Shown here piece by piece: positions 9,685 through 19,932 of a DNA stretch of 64,000 bases. A model generated the notes under the pieces. The model saw nothing but the letters and a program-made list of their open reading frames with translations. It was not told the origin of the DNA and searched no databases. Each line of letters starts with the position of its first letter. Position 1 is the first letter of the stretch. Made by a program: the position numbers and the translations under genes. Source of the stretch: Histomonas meleagridis 2922-C6/04-290x (taxonomy: Eukaryota > Protista > Parabasalia); NCBI GenBank assembly GCA_020184695.1, contig JAANOX010000214.1, positions 1 through 64,000 of the forward strand, written 5' to 3'.

Positions 9685-11810
9685 TTAGCTCAACTTCTTT
9701 ATCGGATTACTTGCATTTTCACAGTATTCTTTAATCTTCGGTGTGCAATGGTTATAATAACTGCCGTCTTCATGCTTACCGATATAATTTTCAGCAGATT
9801 CATAATATATTTATGTAAATATATGTTCAACCTTGAATTTTCCTAGTTCATTACCAATTAATCCTTTATCTTTCAATAACATAAAATCTTCTTCTGATAT
9901 TAACGCAGAATCTATCTCAAAATAATAAACTTCAACAAGATTCTTTAATGAATTCATTTCGTTATTAAAAATTATCTAAAACACTTTTTGCGAATTGAGG
10001 ATAAGTGAAGCTTTCAACATAAGAATTTACTGTATCAACAAGTTCTGAAATTCCATCTGCGTTATACGTATACTTCGAGACATAAGGAACGAATTCATCA
10101 ATATAATTTTTCTATTTACTTATTTATTTTTGTGTTTTCTTGTTTGAAGCTTCCGTTAGCATCAGGCAAACCTGGAGGGATAAATTGAACACTTGACATA
10201 TACGCACCGCATTGATAAATATAATAAAGTTTTCGTTTTAAATTGATCTTACTCCAAATAATTTTCGGAAAATGAATTTCAGATTTAATTTTATCTGCAA
10301 TGGAGGTGGAAAATGAATATACATCATCAAAACATCCGAATTCAAACATTATCTTATGCATCAGCTCAGAAAATTTATGATATCTTAATACATTAAATAT
10401 TTTTCTTAATTTCAACGAATCAATGACTTCTTGATATTCTTTCAATCTCTCCGGGATTTTTTTTTCTTCCGGACTGTATCCATAAAACCTTTTTGTTTGA
10501 TTAACTTTTCTAGAATAATTTGATAAATGTTTTTTATCAGCAACAAATATTTTTCTGTAAGAATTGAATGTTCTTTCGTTTGATATCTCATAACTCCATG
10601 AAAGCTCATATATTGTTTGTTGATTAATTGGAATTAGAAGTTTATGTTGTATCATTAGATATATTAGACTTCTTATACTCAAACATTTCTCAGAAAATAA
10701 ATATCATTTGTCATTGAATTTCAATAACATCATTTTTCTGTTATGATTTTTATATCTTGAATCAGCATTCTAACATTCCGATACATTAACTTTAGAATTT
10801 AGCATATAATGGTCTTTTATAATTATTAGTTTTATTTCTCTGTTGAAATTCACACCAAATATCTTGACACGCGTATGTTTGGTTCCTGGATAAGCTATTT
10901 TGAATTCAAATTTTGAATTTTAATAAGTCAGAAATTCTTCTTAACTCACTTCTTGGAACAGTTCGCGTTTGAATAAAACTCTTCAATAATTTTATTTCAT
11001 CTTCTTTCAATACTTCCTAAGCAATAAATGTTTGAATTAAACATAATTCATTTATATTAGAATCATTAACGTCTGTAAATATTCCAAATCTTATTAAAAA
11101 AATATCTGGCGTGTTGATGTAAGGTAAGTATCTCGGATTTATTCTTTTTCCTTTATTGAGATCTTGAAATTCAAAATAAATGGTTTTAATAAATAACAGG
11201 TGTTCAAATACAACATCGTTTGTATCACCGATCACTCTATCAGTATTCAAGCCAGCACGTAAAAATTCAACGGTATTTTTATTTGCATGTTAATATTGTT
11301 TTCTTCAGTCCTCATCAATTAAAATCATTCTAATATCTTCATTAATTTCAGGTCCTGTCGTTTCAATCGCGTACATCATAGCAGAAAGAAAGCCATCAAT
11401 ACTTCCTTCGTTTTCAAACGTAAAATTATTATGTTTCATTAAATTTTTGATAATTTTACTTATTATTACATTATATACTTCACGTTTGAAATCTTCGGAT
11501 TCATTTTTGAAAGATTCATCTTTCTTTTTACTGAAACGTTCAAATAAATCTCAATTTTTCGGTTCATTATCACTTAATGGAAGATTCATTAAATTATTAA
11601 TTTCCTCGGGGATGTATTCTGCTATTCCTCTTGATATTTTAATTGACTAACACTTAGTCTTAAATAATTTTGATATTGTTCGTCGTCATAAACTTCAAGT
11701 GAAGTTGAAGTATTCCTATAAACAAAATTTTTCGGTAAAGTGTATCCATAATTTTCGAATAAACTCTAACTTCTTTTTTGCTCAATCTTTTTGGTTTTTT
11801 ATCGAAAATA
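9685..11810 (-). pseudogene. Highly divergent family-B DNA polymerase-like gene
   Basis: Motif-A-like LYYIYQCGAYMSSVQFIPPG (about 10190-10230) and motif-C-like EVYYFEIDSALI..LIGNELGKFKVEHIF (about 9810-9933), read manually on the minus strand; broken by stops and frameshifts. Confidence 0.65.
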
Positions 11811-11854
11811 AAAAAATAAATTTATTTTAAACTAAGTTTAATTTATTTCTAAAA

Positions 11855-12394
11855 TTAATTCTCTATACTGCTCCATAGAGGAACAAATATATGATCATTT
11901 TGTAAAGCACAAACTATTTCTTGATTTATCGCATCAGCTATATCATCTTGCTTTTTATATTTTTCATAATAATATGACATCTGAAATGAACGCCACACTA
12001 AAATATTTTTCTTCAACATTCTTTAATAAATTTCTTGCAATATTAACGCTCAATTTTATATGAGCTTTATTTTTGGTGTTATATTCTGAATCTAAATATG
12101 AAATTTTTTTTTCCGGTTGTAATAAATGAACATTTACTTCAGAGATTAATGTAAGAGTAATGATACTATACATTAATTCCATAGCAACAGTGTTTACCGG
12201 GAACCGTTTTTCAATTACTACTGTATCAATATTATTATCTCTTATAATATTGCCAATATATCGATTAATCAATTTGCATCTTTCGATAGCATTTTTGGCT
12301 TTTGATATATCGATAACGTCAAAAGTAATAGCCGGAAATATAATGATGGTGTAGCGAGATTTTTAACTCCAATATCAATTGATGATATCGGCAT
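11855..12394 (-). pseudogene. Poxvirus A22-type RuvC Holliday junction resolvase
   Basis: Three RNase-H-fold motifs in order across frameshifts: MPISSIDIGVKNLA (from 12394), DTVVIEK (ORF 11964-12272) and KKQDDIADA (11930-11956). Confidence 0.85.
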
Positions 12395-12540
12395 CTTTAT
12401 AAAATAAGGGAAAAATTTGTTATTCATTATATTTTTGTAGCATAAAGTGTATTATGAACGTTTGCTATTTTCCAATTTTTTGTTTCCTCAAGCATTCCTT
12501 TTATCTCATCTTTCCGAATCATGCACTTCTTGACAGCTTT

Positions 12541-13119
12541 TCATATTTTGACTATTGACATAACAGGAATTCTTTCTTTGTTTGGAAAATATGCCTCAAC
12601 AAGAAAATTGATATCTTCTGATTCTTCAACTTTTTCTTGAATATTTCTAATTTCATTTTGCAATCTTTCTTTCGCTTCTTTTCTTCTATCTTCTATATCT
12701 TTGATGAAATATTCATATTCTTTCATCATTTTTTCGCACTTTGCACACTTCAGTGAGTGATATTTTGCATTAAATTTATAAACTTTAGCCGAAAAATTCA
12801 TCGAAGCTTCAATTACTTTATCAACATCATACATTTCAATGTTAAATTCATTAAATTCTTTACCGCGTGAATCTTTGTTATTAATCCTCCAGCAATACTC
12901 AGCTAATAATTTATAAAAATCATCAATTATCTTTAATTCAGATATTTTACGTAATTTTAAGGTGTCAGCATTATATGTTAATGCTTTACTTTCAAGTATT
13001 GAGTGATTGCAAAAAAAGGTTTGTGTTTTTCTGTTAATTTTTTTAATTAACCCTTTTATTTCTGTTGGATCATTTTTTTTCAATTTCAATTTTTGCAAAA
13101 CTTTTGACCGAAACATCAA
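12541..13119 (-). CDS. Basic/coiled-coil protein of unknown function, probably part of the island
   Basis: 192 aa open frame on the same strand, directly upstream of the resolvase; the start codon is uncertain. Confidence 0.5.
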   Translation of the reverse strand: MMFRSKVLQKLKLKKNDPTEIKGLIKKINRKTQTFFCNHSILESKALTYNADTLKLRKISELKIIDDFYKLLAEYCWRINNKDSRGKEFNEFNIEMYDVDKVIEASMNFSAKVYKFNAKYHSLKCAKCEKMMKEYEYFIKDIEDRRKEAKERLQNEIRNIQEKVEESEDINFLVEAYFPNKERIPVMSIVKI

Positions 13120-13522
13120 GCGTTAATTCAGGAATACATAATGATGGAATACATTTTGCAAATTCTGAAATTTGCTATAAATATTGTTGATTTCTTTCTA
13201 ATTTAACTTCAACAGGAGATTGATGATTCAAGATTTTATTTTTATATTCTTTTATACGAATTTCATGCTCATTAGCGATGTTGATGTGTTAAAAACAGTT
13301 AATAATTTTACAATCGCATGAACATAAAAAAAATATCAGTCAAAAAATATTTCATTTAGACATAAATTGATGAAAAGTACATAACTCCATCGTTTAATTT
13401 CCAGAAGAAAAGCAAATCAATCTTACCAATATAAAATTTAGGCTAACTTGTGACTTGCAAGTCATTTTAAAATATTAATTTTTAAATCATTAAAATAAAT
13501 ATGAAATAAAACAAATTGATAT

Positions 13523-13966
13523 ATTTTTCGCATTAATATCAATTCCTTTTTGTTCAAGAAGTATTTTAACAATTTCTATATAACTATTTTTAGATGCAAA
13601 CATAAGTACTGTGTCAAATAGTTAAAATAGTTTTCAAATATTATTTTAAAATATAAAATTATTATAACAAATATCAAATAATACAAATAAATATCTTTAG
13701 CATTAATATCATTTTCTTTTTGTTCAAGAAGTATTTTAACAATTTCTATATGACCATTTTTAGATACAAACATGGATGCTGTTTTAAATATTTTAAATAG
13801 ATTCCATATATTATATTATTTCAAAATATCAAATCATTAAATTAAATCCTAAATAAAACAAATTGATATTTTTAGCATCAATATCAATACCTTTTTGTTC
13901 GAAAAGTAATTTAACAAGCTCTATTTGCTAATTTTCAGATGCATAATTAAGTACTGTTTGAAATAA
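13523..13966 (-). pseudogene. Three ankyrin-repeat modules separated by 85 and 80 nt AT-rich spacers
   Basis: 90 nt units at 13868-13957, 13693-13782 and 13523-13612, each T(V/A)xxxxS(K/E)NxxIExVKxLxEQKxxDIxAK(D/N); the first unit has an in-frame TAG. Confidence 0.8.
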
Positions 13967-15299
13967 GATAAATAATTTTCGAATATTATTATGATGTCCT
14001 AAATTATTAAAATAAATTACATTAATTGATTTATATCTTCCTGAATTTCTCCTTTACAGAATTATCATTAACATCCTCATTCTCACCTTCACAATTTGTG
14101 ACTTATAATATATAGAAAAAATTTAAAGAAAGAAATTGACATCAATAAATCAAATGAATATAATATAAAGAAAAAAAAAAAAAATATTAAAAAACACAGA
14201 TATGGAATTTGATGATTTAAAAATTATTCTAGCTATAGTGAGATAAAAGGATATGAATTTAGTATAATGTTTCTTATCATTAACAAATTTTATTATGATT
14301 GTTTTGAACATTTTAAATTTTTCTTTTTTTTTTTTTTGAAAAAAATTTATACTATGTAGTAAATAGAACTTCCTCGTGGGGGCCCCGAACACATAGCGAT
14401 CATTTTTTTGACAGTTAACCATTACCATCAAACCAAAAATTTAGGGTTATCGTTTTTTTGCTACAGACAAACCTTGTCAATTTTAGTCGCAAAAAAAATA
14501 ATTTAGATGTCATTTTACTGTAATTAAATTTGTTAGATAAAAATTAGATGGAACAAAAAGTCAGATTTTGATGAAAAAAATTATGATATTAGGATATGAG
14601 ATAACAAAATCATATAAATTATTGATTTTTATAATTTCTTCACATTTTTTAAGTTTCATTTACTGGTGAATGCCCTTAATTAGAAATTTTATAAATATCA
14701 TATGCTGAAAAAGAAAGAGAATAAAAGATTTATGAATAATAAATAAAACATTATAATATTTTTAAATTCACATATCTGTTTAAAGAATAATAGTAAAATA
14801 ATATTGGATGGGGGAAAAAAATGTACATTTTAGCATAAGGATATTTTTAATAAACTGGATGCAGATTTCCAACGATAGAATCAAATGAATAAAAAATCAT
14901 CAGATTTATATTCAAAAACTGAAGTAATAAACCAAGAAAGTTGTAGAAAAACAAACAACTTACAAAAGATTCAAAAACACAAAAACTATTATAAGATACA
15001 TACTAAAAAATTAAACAAAATAGACAAAAATGCTAAAAATGATTAAGTGAATCACAGGTGTTTGAAAGAGAGAAATAAATTGAAATTATTTAACATGTTA
15101 AATAAAATACATTTCAAACACTAACAAGAAAACTTGGGTATAATTTCCCGGGGTTTTCTTTTGTTATTAAAATGTCATTTTGCACCCCCAATTTTAAATA
15201 TGTTTATCAATGACTTATTCATTTAAATTTAATAGACCCAAAACGTCATTAAGCACTAAGCCGCCTACCAAGTGTTAACTCCTTTGCTCATTTCCATTA

Positions 15300-15719
15300 A
15301 TGGCACGTACCAAACAAACAGCACGTAAGTCAACCGGTGGTAAGACGCCGCGTAAGTCACTCGGCGCTAAGGCAGCACGTAAGTCAACACCAGTTGTTGA
15401 TTCGCAAGGCGCTAAGAAGCAGCATCGTTTCAGACCGGGTACAGTTGCACTCCGTGAAATCCGTAAATATCAAAAGAGCACAGACCTCCTTATCCGTAAG
15501 CTTCCATTCCAACGTCTTGTTCGTGAAATTGCATCTGGATTCCGCGGAGATCTCCGTTTCCAATCATCAGCCATCGCAGCACTTCAGGAAGCCTCAGAAG
15601 CATATCTTGTTGGTCTTTTTTTGAAGATACAAACCTTTGTGCGATTCATGCAAAACCGTGTTACAATTATGGAACGCGATGTCCAACTTGCACAAAGAAT
15701 ACGCGGTGAACGTAACTAA
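15300..15719 (+). CDS. H3: Histone H3 with an apparent compensating frameshift (15616-15655)
   Basis: [33 protein letters not shown]. Removing 2 T from the T7 run and 1 A from the A4 run restores [18 protein letters not shown]. Confidence 0.95.
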   Translation: MARTKQTARKSTGGKTPRKSLGAKAARKSTPVVDSQGAKKQHRFRPGTVALREIRKYQKSTDLLIRKLPFQRLVREIASGFRGDLRFQSSAIAALQEASEAYLVGLFLKIQTFVRFMQNRVTIMERDVQLAQRIRGERN

Positions 15720-16175
15720 ATGTTTCCTTGAACTTATTTTTTTAGAATTTATTAAAAAAATGAATTCGATTTAAAAAGCAATTATAAATTACAAGATTTG
15801 CTTCGCGTGGTTTACGAAGCGTAGCGTAGCAAACCAACAAATTATTTAAAAAAATAATGTTAAAGCAAAAAGCACTATTTGATAACTTACTAATAAATAT
15901 TCTAAAAATTGTATATATTTAAGAATTATAGAATCACAAAATAACTTTTAATTTTAATAAAACAAAATACCAAAATGAATTATCGCTTTTGACTTGTTAG
16001 AAAAATATTGGGAGTGAGAAAATTAATGATTGAGTTAATTTCAATGAAACGCATGATCATATATTGTTTGAAATACAATGATCACCATATAGATGATGTT
16101 TTAATCGAAAATAAAATAAATTTTATATAAAAAAATGAGTGTAAAAATTATTATTTTAAAAGATAAAAGAAAATA

Positions 16176-16238
16176 TCAAAAACATGAGGTGAGCGGGTCG
16201 TTATAATATACTTTCCCAAATGGGCATCAGATAGCCGA
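16176..16238 (-). repeat. 63 bp conserved non-coding element, copy 1
   Basis: Ungapped 55/63 match to 61156-61218. Confidence 0.85.
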
Positions 16239-16529
16239 CAATATGAACCGAATGTTTTTAAAATTTTTTTTTCGATTTTTTCATCACCAAAAAGGAATCT
16301 GTTTTCATTGAAATAAGATGACAGAAATAATTTCATTGAAACAAAACGGTTTTTATAATTTTTAAATTCAAATATCTTTATTAATTATCATTAAATCAAT
16401 TATTTTTTTAAATTATGATCTAAATTTTAGTTATTAAGTGTTTTTAAATCATTCATTATTTTCAAGATAATCTATTTTTCGAGATACGTGAAATCGCATT
16501 CAATTTTTTTGACGGTTTTGAAATTTTAA

Positions 16530-16706
16530 GATGTTGATCATCGTACCATCTTTCCACCCATTGCATTGCCAACCTATAATGCAAATGCGCTTGAGTTTCA
16601 TGTTATTAATATTGCTGGGTTATCAAATCAATTCTTATATGTTAACGATGATTTCTTCTTTGCACGTCCAACCAAAAAAGACACATCTTTGAGCTCAAGT
16701 GAATAG
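16530..16706 (+). pseudogene. Stealth-family (CR2) fragment
   Basis: DVDHRTIFPPIALPTYNANALEFHVINIAGLSNQFLYVNDDFFFARP matches the Stealth CR2 pattern H..IF...LPTFN..AIE....IPGL...F.Y.NDD.F..RP; no in-frame start. Confidence 0.8.
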
Positions 16707-16736
16707 AAACTTATTTTATATATATATATAATAGAT

Positions 16737-18584
16737 ACATTAAAAAATGAAAATTAGAGAAGCATATGTTTTATTTAATATAAGTATTGAGGAGCCTTAT
16801 AAATTTGAGAATTTATTCCACTATTAATAATATCATTATAATTTGAAACATAATTCTCAAATATATCAATTCTTCTTCGAAATTCTTTTGCTCTTTGAAT
16901 ATCTTCTTCTGAATTTAAGATAAAGTTTAATCGAAATACATCAAAACCATTAATATTCTTTCTTTTAGAATCAAAATAATTAAAATAATTGAAATGAATT
17001 TCAGATGTTCGATTAGTTTTTGAAACAATACCACAAATTCGTAATCCAATGCCAACTGTATATAATTTGCGAAGCATCGTTTTATATTTACTTTTCCCTT
17101 GTGAAAATAATTTCGCAATTTTATGTAAATTTAAACAATTCTTGTTTAAATAAAAGAATAATTTAATAACTAATATTGATATATTATCAAGTCCTCCATT
17201 AGAACTACAATCAAATAGCATTAATATTTCATTGTTTTGTGAACTTTTTTCGATTTCTTCTTTAAATTTTTTTATAGTATTTTGAATATTATTAATACCA
17301 ATCCATTGAAACATATCATTCGAACATCTTCGACATACTTCAATACCATCACAAACTGTGATGAAATCTTTCACTGTTCTTTTACTAACATTAAATTTTA
17401 TACTAAGTTCTGAGATGAAAAATAATTTATTATTATTGTTTTCTAAATATTCTGATAGTACTTTTAATATTGTAGCATCATTAACATTCATATTTTGTTG
17501 AATCATTTAATCAAGTGAACTCAAATATTTTAAATATACTTGAAAAATATATCATTAAAAATCTTAAAATTATTATTTCCTTTGAATAAAATTTGAATAT
17601 TTGAAAAAAAACAAATATTTATAATATAATTAATATGAGAAATATTATATGAAAAATTATAAATCTTATATTAATTTTATATTAAGATATTAATATTTTT
17701 ATAAAAAATGTTGGTTTGGTCTTCTGTATCGAATTCGAACGTTATTTAAATTTTATGAGGGCAAATACATCTGGTTAAACAGTCAATTTATGAACTTTTT
17801 AAGAATATAAAATTAATTTAACGTTGGAAATTATAAATTTTATGATAAAATTTCATGTCTTATGAATATGTTCAATTGATCAGCGGTATTCAAATAAATT
17901 AGTGAATATTAACTTATTAATTTATATGATCACTTACTTTCCTATTTTGTTTTGTAATAAAATGATTTTGAGAGTATACAATGTCATAAAAAGCACATAA
18001 TATTTCATACATAACATTTCATAGATTTAGCAAATTATTACTAAATTGTTTGCCACTCATAAGAATTTGCACATCATGCAATCTAGGTTTAGTATCATTT
18101 AGATTTAGGGTTTTTGTATGTCTTAATGTTACTCATATCATTTTCTTAATTGTATCATTGATTTTTATGATATATTAAAATTCAAATGTGAATGTTGTGG
18201 TAAAGAAACCGTTATTCAATGCATGTTTTTTGATCTGTTTTGCCATGTTGAAACAATAACTTTCACTTGTTAAGTTTGGAGACAACCATTTGTAACGAAT
18301 TATGGTAAATCATGTGTTAATTATAAATAAAGCATATTGTTGAAGAAAATGATTTGTTAAAGTAAAAGCTTTAACGTACAGTGAAAAAAACGTTTATAAA
18401 CGTGGAAATCTCCTCTCTTGTTCATTACGATTTTGTTGTATTTCGATACTCATATTCTTTTTTAATTATTTAACAAAATTCAGCAGGAACGAATAAAGTA
18501 AATACAAGATCAATTTTTGAAATTTTTGGAATAAATCTTTTTTATAATTTTAAGCACATTATTAAACAATTTAGTTCTCTTTAT
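16737..18584 (-). repeat. Left arm of ~1.85 kb inverted duplication
   Basis: Near-identical reverse complement of 26103-27953; the ATG-to-boundary distance is 1078 bp in both arms. Confidence 0.95.
16775..17506 (-). CDS. Atypical E2F/DP-like protein with two winged-helix domains
   Basis: KRTVKDFITVCDGIEVCRRCSNDMFQWIG and LRKLYTVGIGLRICGIVSKT resemble the E2F RRxYDxxNVLxxxGxxxK...W.G motif twice. Confidence 0.7.
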   Translation of the reverse strand: MIQQNMNVNDATILKVLSEYLENNNNKLFFISELSIKFNVSKRTVKDFITVCDGIEVCRRCSNDMFQWIGINNIQNTIKKFKEEIEKSSQNNEILMLFDCSSNGGLDNISILVIKLFFYLNKNCLNLHKIAKLFSQGKSKYKTMLRKLYTVGIGLRICGIVSKTNRTSEIHFNYFNYFDSKRKNINGFDVFRLNFILNSEEDIQRAKEFRRRIDIFENYVSNYNDIINSGINSQIYKAPQYLY

Positions 18585-18705
18585 GGTGAATTGAAACGCA
18601 ATATGCTAATAATTATTAGAAGTTAAGAAAGGTATTTCTTGCAACAACAGATAAAAAATTTTTTATGGTGACCGTTTGAGCAATGTTTTGAATAGTTTAT
18701 TCATT

Positions 18706-19932
18706 ATGATACCGCCGAAGAAATTCCAAGAGAAATATCTTCATGTTGATTTTTTAAGGCAAGCATTCGACGCTGATATGACGCATATTCTTAACTATTT
18801 CTTTGCGATGTCATATGCCCTTGGAGAATTAAAATTCAATAATGATGTTTTACCTCAGTCATCAAACGGAATTGGTAACACAGGGACTCTATACGATGCT
18901 TATACTAGCATGGATAAAGAGTTTGATAAAATTCAACATAATATCAACGAAATGGCAAGCTCTATCGTAAACACCTTTACAACAAGCGTTGGCTCATTTG
19001 CATCCAAGAAAAACGACAAAGTTTCCAAACTATCCAAAGAACTTTTTGAATTAGTTACAAGTCTTGATAGTGTGCAACAAGTGATGGATGGATTCACTGC
19101 TTCTCATTCTGAGATGATACAAAAGTTTGCAAAGTCCACAAATGATTTAGTACGTCAACCTGATAATTCTGGAATCCTCAAAAAGCTTCAATTACAATTT
19201 GGGAAGATTGTCGAAGCTCGCGCTAAGAACGAAAAGGCTAGAGCCACCATGATAACCACGGGCAAAACCTCCATTATCAAATACCGACAAAATCTCGAAG
19301 AAATTTCGCAAACATTTCTTCAAAGAGAGAATACGTTTCATGACCTTTTCATATGGGTATCAGATTCTTATCAAGATCTTTGCACAAAATTACTCGAGAG
19401 TATCAATAACATAAGAACAGCTGTTGATAATGTCAATTTTGAAAGTGACTTCAAAGCATTTATCAATGATAATTCCATTTTCAGGCAAGAAGTTATAGGT
19501 GAAGACTTTGAACCTTTCGACACGAGTGGACCAGCATTCGAAGGAACGGACACATCATTTTCAATTGAAATTTCAATGGATTATCCTATCGGCTTGGCGA
19601 ACGTTATACATGATCACAGAGCAGATGGAACAAACGAAATTAGCTGTAAGGCTGGGAAGAATATTCTTATATTGGAAGAACCAACTTATCCTTGGGTTTA
19701 TGTTATGAATCCTAGGACTCGTGTAAAAGGTTTTATTCCATCATCTTGCATATCAAAGATTGGCAAAAAGTTCGGTGTAATTATCCGTGATTTTAATGGT
19801 GCTGACGCTTCAATGCAAGTTGGCGAATATGTTGCTATCACTGATGAAAATAAAGTTTCATATTTCATTGAAAACACATTTTGTGTTAAGACAACAATCG
19901 AAAAGAATTATGTTGGAATCATTTACATTTGA
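18706..19932 (+). CDS. BAR/F-BAR-like coiled-coil plus SH3 domain protein
   Basis: Helical N-terminus; SH3-like HDHRADGTNEISCKAG..WVYVMNPRTRVKGFIPSSCI; ATG 18706 follows a TCATT initiator. Confidence 0.7.
   Translation: MIPPKKFQEKYLHVDFLRQAFDADMTHILNYFFAMSYALGELKFNNDVLPQSSNGIGNTGTLYDAYTSMDKEFDKIQHNINEMASSIVNTFTTSVGSFASKKNDKVSKLSKELFELVTSLDSVQQVMDGFTASHSEMIQKFAKSTNDLVRQPDNSGILKKLQLQFGKIVEARAKNEKARATMITTGKTSIIKYRQNLEEISQTFLQRENTFHDLFIWVSDSYQDLCTKLLESINNIRTAVDNVNFESDFKAFINDNSIFRQEVIGEDFEPFDTSGPAFEGTDTSFSIEISMDYPIGLANVIHDHRADGTNEISCKAGKNILILEEPTYPWVYVMNPRTRVKGFIPSSCISKIGKKFGVIIRDFNGADASMQVGEYVAITDENKVSYFIENTFCVKTTIEKNYVGIIYI

Larger units (their letters stand above)
1..13330. mobile_element. Degenerate endogenous dsDNA virus / Maverick-Polinton-like island (at least two related copies; ends not defined)
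   Basis: Cluster of decayed KilA-N, PolB-like, A22/RuvC-like and capsid-like frames; inverted paralogous blocks about 800-1900 vs 6400-7524; shared intergenic motif. No integrase, packaging ATPase, TIR or TSD seen; the left end may lie outside the window. Confidence 0.75.

Noticed and set aside
7522-10115. TAA/TAG read-through (ciliate/hexamitid-type code) to explain in-frame stops in viral genes
   Set aside because: Host genes and the intact island ORF end in TAA, and the same genes also carry frameshifts and deletions, so decay is sufficient.
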